Below, piece by piece: positions 48,538 through 57,462 of a DNA stretch of 64,000 bases (its first letter is position 1; each line of letters starts with the position of its first letter). Under the pieces are notes generated by a model. It saw only the letters and a list, made by a program, of their open reading frames with translations. It did not search any database and was not told the DNA's origin. The DNA is from an uncultured Clostridia bacterium (GTDB lineage: Bacteria; Bacillota; Clostridia; UBA1381; UBA9506). The stretch covers positions 323-64,322 of the forward strand of contig CALYAO010000057.1 in assembly GCA_944393605.1 (NCBI GenBank), in the 5' to 3' direction. A program made the translations under genes and the position numbers.

Positions 48538-49770
48538 TTATGTCCCCGACATGTCATGGATGAGGCCGTCGTTGTCGATATTGACATGCGTGTTGACCGT
48601 AAACACGGCGTCTTTATAATGGGAAGGCCAGTCGTAGGCCTCCCATGCCGCATAATCGGGAAAGCGGATTTTGGCATACCGCCCAAACCCCACCACATCC
48701 GATTGACAGGCGACCGTCTGGGCCAAAAACCCTTCCAAATCCCGCTTTAGGCTTTCCTCTGCCATGCGGTTGAACCCATCGATGTCCTTTTGCCCATACT
48801 CCTCCTGCGGGCACTTGATGAGCTGCGCCCGCATAGACACCGTGAGGGTGATGTGGGGCACGCCGCCTTCTATGTGCACCTCCTTTTTGGGCGCCTTTTT
48901 CTGATGCATCTTGAGAACCACATGCTCCCCCTCCACCGCATCGGAGGGAATGTGGTAGTAAGACGGCTGATAGGCATTGATGCAGATGTTGTACATCTCA
49001 ACCGATTTGGATGGCAAAAAGCCCGCCAGTTTTCCGCTCCGCATCACCGCCATGCCCGACACCTCGGTATCGTTGTCGCTGACACGGCCCGGCGACCCCG
49101 CGGTGTAGTTTCCCATGGCAGTATCTTGGGACTGCTCCTCCGATTTCGCCGGCACATCGGGACTCACGCCCACCAGCGGCAGCGCCGCCTCCTGCCCCGG
49201 CGCCGTGGTGTGGAAATACATCTCCCGAAGGGTCATAATGGGAATGAAGTTGGAATTCTTTTTGGAAAATACCAAGCTGTAATACTTGGCCGGATTGACC
49301 TCCATGGCGGGTTTCACCTTCTTGAGGTATGCCTCCGCTTCCCCCGCCGCAACCGCCACGAAGGTGGAGGGCCGGGTTTGGCTGTTTTTCATGAGAAACG
49401 TGAGGATCTCCTCCACCCCCTGCTCCGCCACCTCCCGGGAGAACACCAAAAGTTTCATATGGGAAAGGTTAATCTGCTTGGAGAGGGTATTGTTGACAAT
49501 GTTGAGCCCTGTGAAGAGATCTCCCGCCTGCACCGTGACCACCGAGGAGCTGTCGCTCTCCGACTCCCCGCCGCTGCCTTCCTCCTCCCCCGAACCTGCA
49601 ATCTTGAGGGGCTTGGCAAACTGGAAGGTAAACCGCATGGGCGCAGATTCCCCAACGTCCATTCCCATGGCCACCACATAGGCCATCTCGCTGATTTCAT
49701 TGGAGTATTCACACCCCGTGAGCAGCAGGATACACAGCGGAAGGCACAGCAGCCGAACCCATCGTTTCAT
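48538..49770 (-). CDS. Ger(x)C family spore germination lipoprotein
   Basis: Start at MKRWVRLLCLPLCILLLTGCEY (lipobox), overlapping the upstream stop (ATGA). The longer ORF in the track is an in-frame upstream extension. Confidence 0.8.
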   Translation of the reverse strand: MKRWVRLLCLPLCILLLTGCEYSNEISEMAYVVAMGMDVGESAPMRFTFQFAKPLKIAGSGEEEGSGGESESDSSSVVTVQAGDLFTGLNIVNNTLSKQINLSHMKLLVFSREVAEQGVEEILTFLMKNSQTRPSTFVAVAAGEAEAYLKKVKPAMEVNPAKYYSLVFSKKNSNFIPIMTLREMYFHTTAPGQEAALPLVGVSPDVPAKSEEQSQDTAMGNYTAGSPGRVSDNDTEVSGMAVMRSGKLAGFLPSKSVEMYNICINAYQPSYYHIPSDAVEGEHVVLKMHQKKAPKKEVHIEGGVPHITLTVSMRAQLIKCPQEEYGQKDIDGFNRMAEESLKRDLEGFLAQTVACQSDVVGFGRYAKIRFPDYAAWEAYDWPSHYKDAVFTVNTHVNIDNDGLIHDMSGT

Positions 49771-50867
49771 CGTGCCAGCCTCCCTTCTCTGCGTTGTTTC
49801 AAGATGGCCGCAAACAGAATCATGGAAGGAATCACAAGCCCCGTCGCCATCAGGATGAGGTCCACCTGCGCGCCAAACTGTACCGCCTCCATCATGTTCT
49901 TGGGGACATAGTTCAGCAGCACAATGGCAAGCAGCGCAGGAAAAATTCCCAATTTGTGGTATTTTGCGCCAAATCCGTTTTGCAGCGTCCGGGACACAAA
50001 AAACAGGCTGAGACTGAGGTATAACATGGAAGATACCAGCCAGAAGGGCAGGAAAACCGACTCCAGGTTCTGTGTATACTGGCCGAAGCTGATGATGCGG
50101 GACAGCTGGTATACCGGCATCACAAACTGCGCGTTCTGCGGGTATTCCAGCGCCAGGATGAATCCCAGGTTGGTGAGCACCAAAAACAGGCTCCCCAGCC
50201 CCACGCCCCACCAAGCGGACTGTTTAAACTGCCGTTTGTCATTCACATAAGGGTACAGCAAAAACAAAAACAGCATGTCCGAATAGAGGGAAGTAAAGCG
50301 CGCTCCCTGCCAGAGCGTGTTTCCCATCCCCAGTCCCCAGAAGGGAAACAGGTTGCTCGCATGGAAGGTATGCGCTGTAAAAAGATAGATGAACACCAGC
50401 GCCGCCAGAATCGCAGGCACAAAGATGGCATGCAGCCGCGCGATGCCCTCCACGCCGCGGTAGGCCGCAAACAGCATGGCAAACGCCAGCAGCAGTGTTG
50501 CAAGGAGGGGCGGGATGGGAAACGGCGTCGCAACCAACAGTCCTTCCACCGTGAGCCGCAGCACAATGGGCGCGCGGGCGAGCAGCGTCGCCAGCACCAG
50601 CGCGGCAACCACCCACCGCAGCGGCCGGCCCCCCACCAGCTCCGCGATGGCAAACAGGTCCTTGCCCTCAAAGTGGTCATACAGCCATACGATGAGCAGG
50701 ATAAACAGGTACATGATGGCGGCGGACAGGATGGCGGACAGCCACAGCGCGCTGCCGCATGCCTCACTCATGAGTCCGGGCAGCCCCAGGAAGATCTTCA
50801 CGAGCAGCACATTGATTAGAATGGAAGCCGTCTCCCACCGTCCAAATTGAATGATTGTCTGTTGCAT
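49767..50867 (-). CDS. Ger(x)B spore germination permease
   Basis: 366-aa polytopic membrane protein in the middle position of a gerA-type operon. Confidence 0.8.
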   Translation of the reverse strand: MQQTIIQFGRWETASILINVLLVKIFLGLPGLMSEACGSALWLSAILSAAIMYLFILLIVWLYDHFEGKDLFAIAELVGGRPLRWVVAALVLATLLARAPIVLRLTVEGLLVATPFPIPPLLATLLLAFAMLFAAYRGVEGIARLHAIFVPAILAALVFIYLFTAHTFHASNLFPFWGLGMGNTLWQGARFTSLYSDMLFLFLLYPYVNDKRQFKQSAWWGVGLGSLFLVLTNLGFILALEYPQNAQFVMPVYQLSRIISFGQYTQNLESVFLPFWLVSSMLYLSLSLFFVSRTLQNGFGAKYHKLGIFPALLAIVLLNYVPKNMMEAVQFGAQVDLILMATGLVIPSMILFAAILKQRREGRLAR

Positions 50868-50876
50868 AACTGCCTC

Positions 50877-52481
50877 CTAGGATGATTGGTCCGAATTGTG
50901 TTCCGATTGCTCCTGTTTGGAATTGTTGTAGTCGGGTTTGGAAGCAAACTTGCTGGCCCGTGTCACAAAGATGGTGCGGAACAGGCCTTCCCGTGTCCGG
51001 GGCGCAATGGGCGCAAACCCGCGGACGCCAAAGGAGCGCGCGGTTGCGATCATGAGCAGGTGGCAAAACAGCACCACCGTCACGCCCAGCATCCCCGCAA
51101 AAGCCCCCAGGATGATATAGGAAAACCGCATGATCCGGAACGCAATGCCCATGGAATAGCTGGGGGCGGACATGGAGCCCACCGCCGTCATGGCCACCAC
51201 GATGATGACAATGGGGCTGACGATGCCCGCCGTGACCGCCGCCTGCCCCAAAATCAGGCCGCCTACAATGCCAACCGACGAGCCGCCGATGCTGGGGAAT
51301 TTGATCTCCGCCTCCCGGATGAGCTCAAACGCAACCTCCAGCATGATGAGCTCAAACACCAGCGGGAAGGGCGTTTTTTCAAAGGATGCCTCCAGCGCGA
51401 ACAGCAGGTCGGTTGGGATGATCTCATGGTGATACTGGGTCACCACCACAAACAGCCCCGGCAGCAGCACCGAAACCGTAAGTGCGAGGTAGCGCAAGAT
51501 GCTCACAAAGTTGGCATAGGGCATGCGCAGGTAGCGGTCATCGTTGGTGTGTAAAAAGCTGAAGAAGGTCGCGGGCAGAATGAGCGCATAGGGGCTGCCG
51601 TTCACGATGATCGCGATGTTGCCGTCCGCCAGTTCCGCCGCCGTCCGGTCGGGCCGCTCGGTGGACAGCATCTGGGGGAGCAGCCGCCGGTTGGAGTCCT
51701 CAATGTGGTGTTCCAGCTCCTCGGAGGAGAAGATATAGTCCGCATTCACCCGGCCAATCCGGCGCTTGACCTCCTCCACCAGCGATGCATTGGCCAGATT
51801 CTTGATGTACACCACCGCAACCGCCGTCTTGCTCTTTTTGCCCACCATCATGTTTTCCATGACCAGGTTGGGGTCCCGGATGGTCTTGCGCAGCAGGGCG
51901 GTGTTGCCCCGGATGAGCTCGGTGAAGGACTCCTGCGGCCCCAGCACCGACTTGTCGGTGTCGGGCTTGCCGACGCCCCGCCGGGGCCACCCCTTGGTGT
52001 CCGCAACCCACCCCACGTCCACGCCGTCCACAAACAGCCCGCAGCCGCCAAAACTCACCTCATCCACCAGCCGTTCAAACGTGTCCGACCGTTTGACCGC
52101 ATTCTGCGTGACCAGCTGCTGCTCCACAAACGTGTCCAGCGGCAGTCCGTCGGGTTTGATGAAGCTGGACATCTGCATGAGGGGGCTGATGATGTATTCA
52201 CAGATGAAGTCGCTGTTGACCAGGCCGTCAAAGAAATAGAGAAAGGCATCGATCCGCTGTCCGTTGACCGTCAGCTTGATATTGCGCAGAATCAGGTCTC
52301 CCGATTCGGGATAGTGGTAGATCTCTTTGATTTTGGCAATGTTGGTGTAGAGATTGGCCGACACCCGCTCGTCCAGCCGAGGTACCGCCTCGGGCTTGTT
52401 ATCCTGCTCCTTTAGGATGGGCCCTTCCCCGTCCCCATGGAATGCCAAAAACCGCTTCCATAGTCCCTTTGCGCCCTCCAT
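50877..52481 (-). CDS. Ger(x)A spore germination protein
   Basis: GerA-family layout with a soluble N-terminal domain and a C-terminal membrane region. GGGAGG RBS 7 nt before ATG 52481. Confidence 0.8.
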   Translation of the reverse strand: MEGAKGLWKRFLAFHGDGEGPILKEQDNKPEAVPRLDERVSANLYTNIAKIKEIYHYPESGDLILRNIKLTVNGQRIDAFLYFFDGLVNSDFICEYIISPLMQMSSFIKPDGLPLDTFVEQQLVTQNAVKRSDTFERLVDEVSFGGCGLFVDGVDVGWVADTKGWPRRGVGKPDTDKSVLGPQESFTELIRGNTALLRKTIRDPNLVMENMMVGKKSKTAVAVVYIKNLANASLVEEVKRRIGRVNADYIFSSEELEHHIEDSNRRLLPQMLSTERPDRTAAELADGNIAIIVNGSPYALILPATFFSFLHTNDDRYLRMPYANFVSILRYLALTVSVLLPGLFVVVTQYHHEIIPTDLLFALEASFEKTPFPLVFELIMLEVAFELIREAEIKFPSIGGSSVGIVGGLILGQAAVTAGIVSPIVIIVVAMTAVGSMSAPSYSMGIAFRIMRFSYIILGAFAGMLGVTVVLFCHLLMIATARSFGVRGFAPIAPRTREGLFRTIFVTRASKFASKPDYNNSKQEQSEHNSDQSS

Positions 52482-52512
52482 AGCACCGCCTCCCACGCAT
52501 GTCCTTTTTGGA

Positions 52513-52542
52513 TAGTATGCCCGTGTGGCGCTGGGTTCATTC
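52513..52542 (-). promoter_or_regulatory. Forespore sigma-G/F type promoter for the gerA-like operon
   Basis: On the minus strand, GAATG (52542-52538), 18-nt spacer, CATACTA (52519-52513). This matches GHATR-N17/18-CATnnTA. Confidence 0.5.
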
Positions 52543-52584
52543 CAAAAAAAGTAATATTTGGAACAAATACCCTTGGTCCGAACA

Positions 52585-52610
52585 CAAAAAAACGGCCCAT
52601 AGGCCGTTTT
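52585..52610 (-). terminator. Rho-independent terminator after the VanY-like gene
   Basis: ACGGCC / GGCCGT stem with TTTTTTT on the minus strand. Confidence 0.55.
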
Positions 52611-52691
52611 GTAATCATATTCGTTGGCAAGGCTTCATGGCAGATATGACAACCGGCATGTATTTGGCAAAACGCCAAAACTGGCCCGCTC

Positions 52692-53492
52692 TCACTCTGC
52701 CAGGTATTCCTCCAGGCAAATGCCCCGCTCCATGATTTCTCGGGCAGCTTCCTCCCCGACATACCGATAGTGCCACGGTTCAAAGATAATCCCCGTGATT
52801 TCGGTTTTATCGGTCGGATACCGCAGAATAAACCCATACTCCGCGCAGTGTTCCTTGAGCCACTTGGCCTCAGGCGTTTCGGCCTGTGCATCGTCTAGCA
52901 GCTGATAGGATTGGGACACAATGTCCACCGCGAGCCCAATCTCGTGCTCACTCGTGCCGGGATATGCGACCACCGTCCTGGCTTCTTTTTCCGCCTCTGC
53001 CCGTGTATACCCTTCATCCAACCATTTCTGTACCTGTTCCTCAAACAGCTCCGTCTGGAATGCATGGGTCCGATATGCGGAGCAGATAAGCGGGGATAAC
53101 CCCGCCGCCTCCGCATCCGCCAACATCCGCGTCAAGCTGTCCGCAATGCGGCTGTCCACCTGAAACCGCCCCACCTGCGCCAACGTAGGCGCAGCCGCCT
53201 CCTCCGGCCGGGGATTGCTGCCATTGACCAACAGCAGCTGCCATGCTTCCCCTTTGGGTGCTGTCTGGCCACCGGCAGACAGTTGATTTCCCTGCGCCAA
53301 CTGGCCGGCCGTCGCGGCATCCTTCGCATCGCGCACCGCCACCATGGCCCACCAGCCAATCAACACAATGAGCAGCAGCAAAATCAGTGCGCGAAAGCGG
53401 CGCAGCCTCCGTTTCCGCGCGCGCCGCTTATGTTGTATCGCACGCGCCCGCATCTGGGACTGATAAGACAAGTGCATGGATGATCTTCCCAT
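52692..53492 (-). CDS. VanY/M15B family D-alanyl-D-alanine carboxypeptidase
   Basis: N-terminal TM helix. SAYRTHAFQ, GTSEHEIGLAVD and FEPWHYRYVG are M15B zinc-ligand motifs. AAGGAGG RBS before ATG 53492. Confidence 0.85.
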   Translation of the reverse strand: MGRSSMHLSYQSQMRARAIQHKRRARKRRLRRFRALILLLLIVLIGWWAMVAVRDAKDAATAGQLAQGNQLSAGGQTAPKGEAWQLLLVNGSNPRPEEAAAPTLAQVGRFQVDSRIADSLTRMLADAEAAGLSPLICSAYRTHAFQTELFEEQVQKWLDEGYTRAEAEKEARTVVAYPGTSEHEIGLAVDIVSQSYQLLDDAQAETPEAKWLKEHCAEYGFILRYPTDKTEITGIIFEPWHYRYVGEEAAREIMERGICLEEYLAE

Positions 53493-53861
53493 GTTTTCCT
53501 CCTTCGTTCTATCGAAAACGGTGCATAAAAGCACCCTCTAGCCTCTTTTTTCGCAACAGATACCCGCCAAATGTGTACCGCGCCTGGCTGCGGGGTTCCC
53601 GCCTTCCATGTGCCAAGCAGCGCCGTGACGCCGCCCGTGGCAGACGGCAAAAAACGCACGGGTATGCGCGTAGATATGCGCGCAAATGAAGTAAGTTTTA
53701 TTATACCACAAATTTCGCCAAGCAACAAGAGGGATCCCCAAAAAATTCTCCCCGTCTGCTGTCCCTTTCCTTCCAAAATCTGTTATATTGCCGCCCGCTT
53801 TTTCATATATTTGGAACAAAGCGGCCAAATGACCATCTATCCTGCAAGGAGGGGACGCCCC

Positions 53862-54632
53862 ATGAAAATATTGCTCTTCAAGCGAAAAACCATTGTGCTG
53901 ACACTGCTGGTTGTCTGTGCTGCCGCCATCCTGTTTGCCGCCTACCAATCTGAGCCGCTGACCGTGAGCTCGGGCAACGTGGAGGAGCGGCTGCTTCCCA
54001 TCTACAGCGTGGACCGCGGGGACGAAAAGATTGCTAGCCTCACCTTCGACGCCGCCTGGGACGACGCGGACACCGACCTCATTTTGGATGCACTGGCGCA
54101 GTATGATGTCAAGGCGACCTTCTTTATGGTGGGAAGTTGGGTGGAAAAATATCCCGAATCGGTCAAGAAATTTGCGGATGCCGGGCATGAAATCGCCAAT
54201 CACTCCAATACCCATCCCCATATCAATCAGATTTCGGCCGAAAAGGTCAAAGAAGAAATCACCCTCTGTTCGGATAAGATTGAGCAGACCATTGGCAAAC
54301 GTCCCACGCTGTTCCGCGGGCCGTATGGGGAGTACAACAACACCGTCATCCGCGCCGCAAATGAGACGGGGCACCAGGTGATCCAATGGGATGTGGACAG
54401 TTTAGACTGGAAGGATCTCGCGGTGGACGACATCGTGGCGCGGGTGACCAAGCGCGTCGGCCCGGGGTCCATCATGCTGTTCCACAACGGCGCCAAAAAC
54501 ACCCCTGCGGCCCTGCCCAAGATTTTGGAAAAGTTGACAGCAGATGGATACCGGCTGGTGCCCGTGTCCGAGCTTATTTACACCGAAAACTACACCCTGG
54601 ACAACACCGGTCGGCAAAAACGCATCCAATAG
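53862..54632 (+). CDS. Polysaccharide deacetylase (NodB homology domain)
   Basis: N-terminal TM helix. TFDAAWDD, HEIANHSNTHP, LFRGPYG and MLFHNG NodB motifs. AAGGAGGGGA RBS before ATG 53862. Confidence 0.85.
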   Translation: MKILLFKRKTIVLTLLVVCAAAILFAAYQSEPLTVSSGNVEERLLPIYSVDRGDEKIASLTFDAAWDDADTDLILDALAQYDVKATFFMVGSWVEKYPESVKKFADAGHEIANHSNTHPHINQISAEKVKEEITLCSDKIEQTIGKRPTLFRGPYGEYNNTVIRAANETGHQVIQWDVDSLDWKDLAVDDIVARVTKRVGPGSIMLFHNGAKNTPAALPKILEKLTADGYRLVPVSELIYTENYTLDNTGRQKRIQ

Positions 54633-54666
54633 CGCAAAAAAGACAGCGGCATCGCCGCTGTCTTTT

Positions 54667-55188
54667 TTAGAAAACGATCCCCAGCACCCACAGCGCCAGC
54701 TGCAACACGCATACCGCTCCAAACGCAACCACGCACCGCCGCTCCCGGATGCGCCGGACACCAAACAGGCAATAGCCAAGACAAGCTATCTCCAGTAAAT
54801 ACAACAACACGTCCCAAACCACCGTACCCAGCGGCCAGGCACACCAGATGCTGCATCCCTCTCCTACGATCTGTATGGGCAGCCGGAAAAAGGCAAAGGG
54901 CAGCATCTGTTTTTCAAACGCCTGCTTGGTCGCAAAATATCGCCGAAAAAACAGCCATTCAAACCAGTAAGTCAGATGATAAGCCGCAATGGCCCAAGGA
55001 AACGCAAATACACCAGCCAACAGGGCGGCCAGTAGCTCAAATGGACCATCTCCCGCTTTGCACAACTGCAGCAAAACGGTCAACAGCCATATGAGAACGA
55101 TATAACACCAGCGCGCCCGCCGCAGGGGATACTGCAGCATCACCACATACGTATCATACATCCGTTTGAGCCACCTCAGCGCGTCCAC
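54667..55188 (-). CDS. Polytopic membrane protein of unknown function
   Basis: 173 aa with 4-5 hydrophobic segments. Starts 7 nt after the MuF-motif gene stop. Confidence 0.5.
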   Translation of the reverse strand: MDALRWLKRMYDTYVVMLQYPLRRARWCYIVLIWLLTVLLQLCKAGDGPFELLAALLAGVFAFPWAIAAYHLTYWFEWLFFRRYFATKQAFEKQMLPFAFFRLPIQIVGEGCSIWCAWPLGTVVWDVLLYLLEIACLGYCLFGVRRIRERRCVVAFGAVCVLQLALWVLGIVF

Positions 55189-55194
55189 CCCCGT

Positions 55195-56400
55195 TTACTG
55201 CTGAATCAGGCGCACCGCATCTGCTCCGACATACAGAAATAGCGCAACATAGGGCGTAAGCGAGCTGCCTTCATAAAACAGCTGAATCAGTGTATTGGCA
55301 TCGCTTAAATCCTTGCCAAAAGGATTGCCAATCAGATAAGAGACCATTTCATAAATGATTTGAGCGGTGGCTCCTGAGCCTTTCCATATCATTTCAGATA
55401 GACCCCCGACCACTTCTCCAAAATTGGCATCAATCGCCTCTGCCGCGCTTCCAAATCGCTCATAATAAAGCCGATTCAGCGTATCAAGCGGGCTGACGCT
55501 CACGCGACGAATCCGCCCCGGAACCCGGACCGTACCTACCAGCTTCTGATCCCATATGATATCCACTTTTTCATTGCCATAGTTCACAAAATACAGAACC
55601 TTATCCCCGACGGTCGCCGTCAGCACATTGGTAATATCAAGCGCCTTGGCGAACTGATTGGAATTGACATACATCACACCATCTGGGTCCACCCAGGCCC
55701 CGACCACGCCATCGGTAAACCAGGCCTCTTTGCCATTTGGAAAAGACACCTGTGCCGTTTTGGTACTTGCGTCATATGTCACGGTCGCACCCAGCCGCTC
55801 CGCCACTTCCCGCAGCGGAATCCCCAGCGGATAACCATTCTCGTAATTTCCAATTTTGCCCACTTCCACCTGTGCAGGACGGATGGTGCATCGGCAATTG
55901 GGGTGTAGCTGCGGCAAATTGCGTCCGGCATGCGCCTCATCATTTGCAAACACCTGACCATCTAAAATGCGGCACATGGCGCAGGGCCCCTGATCCGCAC
56001 ATGCATACTGATATCCAGTATATCCCATGTCTCCAAATTTGTCAAGCATCCCGTACACTTCCGCCTGGTACAGCTTGTCACACATGCGGGACAGATGCAG
56101 TCGGATGGCGGACAATACCCCATCGCTGTCCAAACGCGTCTGCCGCTCTTTGATATCCGCAGCAAATGCCGCTTGATGACCCAAAATTTCCGCCGCCAGC
56201 TCCTGTGCCTCTTTGCGGACAGGCGGCTCATCCGACGCCCGCGCTTTTTGATAGATCTCCGAAACCGCGCGCGTAAATGGCTCTTTTCATAGGTGGTATA
56301 GACCCGCCACTGCCGCCCTGGGGTCCTCCCCGTTTGCCAGCCGCCCGGCCAGCTCCTGTGCCCAAAATGATATTGCATCCTCCGAAAAATAATATGCCAT
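55195..56400 (-). pseudogene. MuF (SPP1 gp7)-motif protein with a copper-amine-oxidase-N-like domain and an unknown C-terminal region, interrupted by an in-frame TGA (56287-56289)
   Basis: ORFs 56400-56290 and 56286-55195 share a frame (GLYHL*KEPFTRAV). CAMCRILDGQVF...LPQLHPNCRCTIRP is the Phage_Mu_F C-terminal signature. PLREVAERLGATVTYDASTKTAQVSF resembles Cu_amine_oxidN1. AGGGGAGGG RBS before ATG 56400. Confidence 0.55.
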
Positions 56401-56476
56401 CCGATTCCCTCCCCTTTTGTGCCAGTATACCACACACGGGTAATCGCATGCCATCACAGCTTCGGGTGGGGACGGG

Positions 56477-56644
56477 TCACCCAAAGGCCCGGCGGGGCAC
56501 AAACCCGTCTTTTTGTGCCTCTCTCACCTCCATGGTCTCCGATTTCGGATACCAACGCACCTCGAGCAGGGTCTTATCATTCCAGATATGCATTGCTAAA
56601 AATGCATCCTGCTCCACCGTCCCCACGATCCGCGTTTTTCCCAT
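56477..56644 (-). CDS. Small hypothetical protein (55 aa)
   Basis: Not in the >=60 aa track. AGGAGG RBS 8 nt before ATG 56644. First gene of the leftward cassette. Confidence 0.35.
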   Translation of the reverse strand: MGKTRIVGTVEQDAFLAMHIWNDKTLLEVRWYPKSETMEVREAQKDGFVPRRAFG

Positions 56645-57023
56645 GTTGTTTGCCTCCTGCTGTCCTTTTATGATGCCAGATGACGGTTGACATGCCCTGT
56701 CTTGTGACGGGTATCCCGCTCATATCTACCTCCTTGTCTTTTTTCGACAATTCTTGATTTTCCCATTCATCCATGGTACAATGACTTGTAGAATTTTGTA
56801 ACAATACCCACAAAAAAAACGGCGAAAACAGAGGATACCGTCATTCACTGTCTCCACAAACAGTGCTTGGCAGCTCATGCCAACCAATTCACCTGGTCTG
56901 CCATGTATTATATCCTCACATTTGTGTGTATTCAAGTATTTTTTGTCACACATAAATGAAATTCGTCGAATCGCACAAATTTTTAATAACTTTTTGTACA
57001 ATTTGATGGGAGGATTATGAGGC

Positions 57024-57359
57024 ATGGAATTTGTTGAACGCATCACCGCGCTGCTCGAGGAGCGCGGTATCTCCAAAAACAAAATGTTAAAGGAAGTTGG
57101 AATTGCATCGGGTGCCTTTGGCAACTGGCAGCGGCGGGGAACCATTCCGCGTGGAGAAACGCTTCAAAAACTCGCCGATTACTTTAATGTCTCCACGGAT
57201 TACCTCCTGGGGCGGGAATCAACGAAAACAATACAGATCCTTGCCAAGGGCGGCAGTCATCGGGTCGTAGAGGTGACGGAGGAAGAGCTTGCGCTGGTAG
57301 AAGAGGTTTTAAAATCGGTTCGCCAGGCGCGATATCAAAAACGCAAAAACCATATATAG
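57024..57359 (+). CDS. XRE-family HTH regulator
   Basis: ITALLEERGISKNKMLKEVGIASGAFGNWQRRGTIPRGETLQKLADYFNVSTDYLLG is a canonical HTH_3 domain. Confidence 0.85.
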   Translation: MEFVERITALLEERGISKNKMLKEVGIASGAFGNWQRRGTIPRGETLQKLADYFNVSTDYLLGRESTKTIQILAKGGSHRVVEVTEEELALVEEVLKSVRQARYQKRKNHI

Positions 57360-57462
57360 TCGATAATTGTAGAATATAGCAAAACATTGTCGAAAATGCT
57401 TGTGTTTCCAAAAGAAATAGCATAAAATAATGTCACTCATAAAATATAGAGGAGGCATTTTT

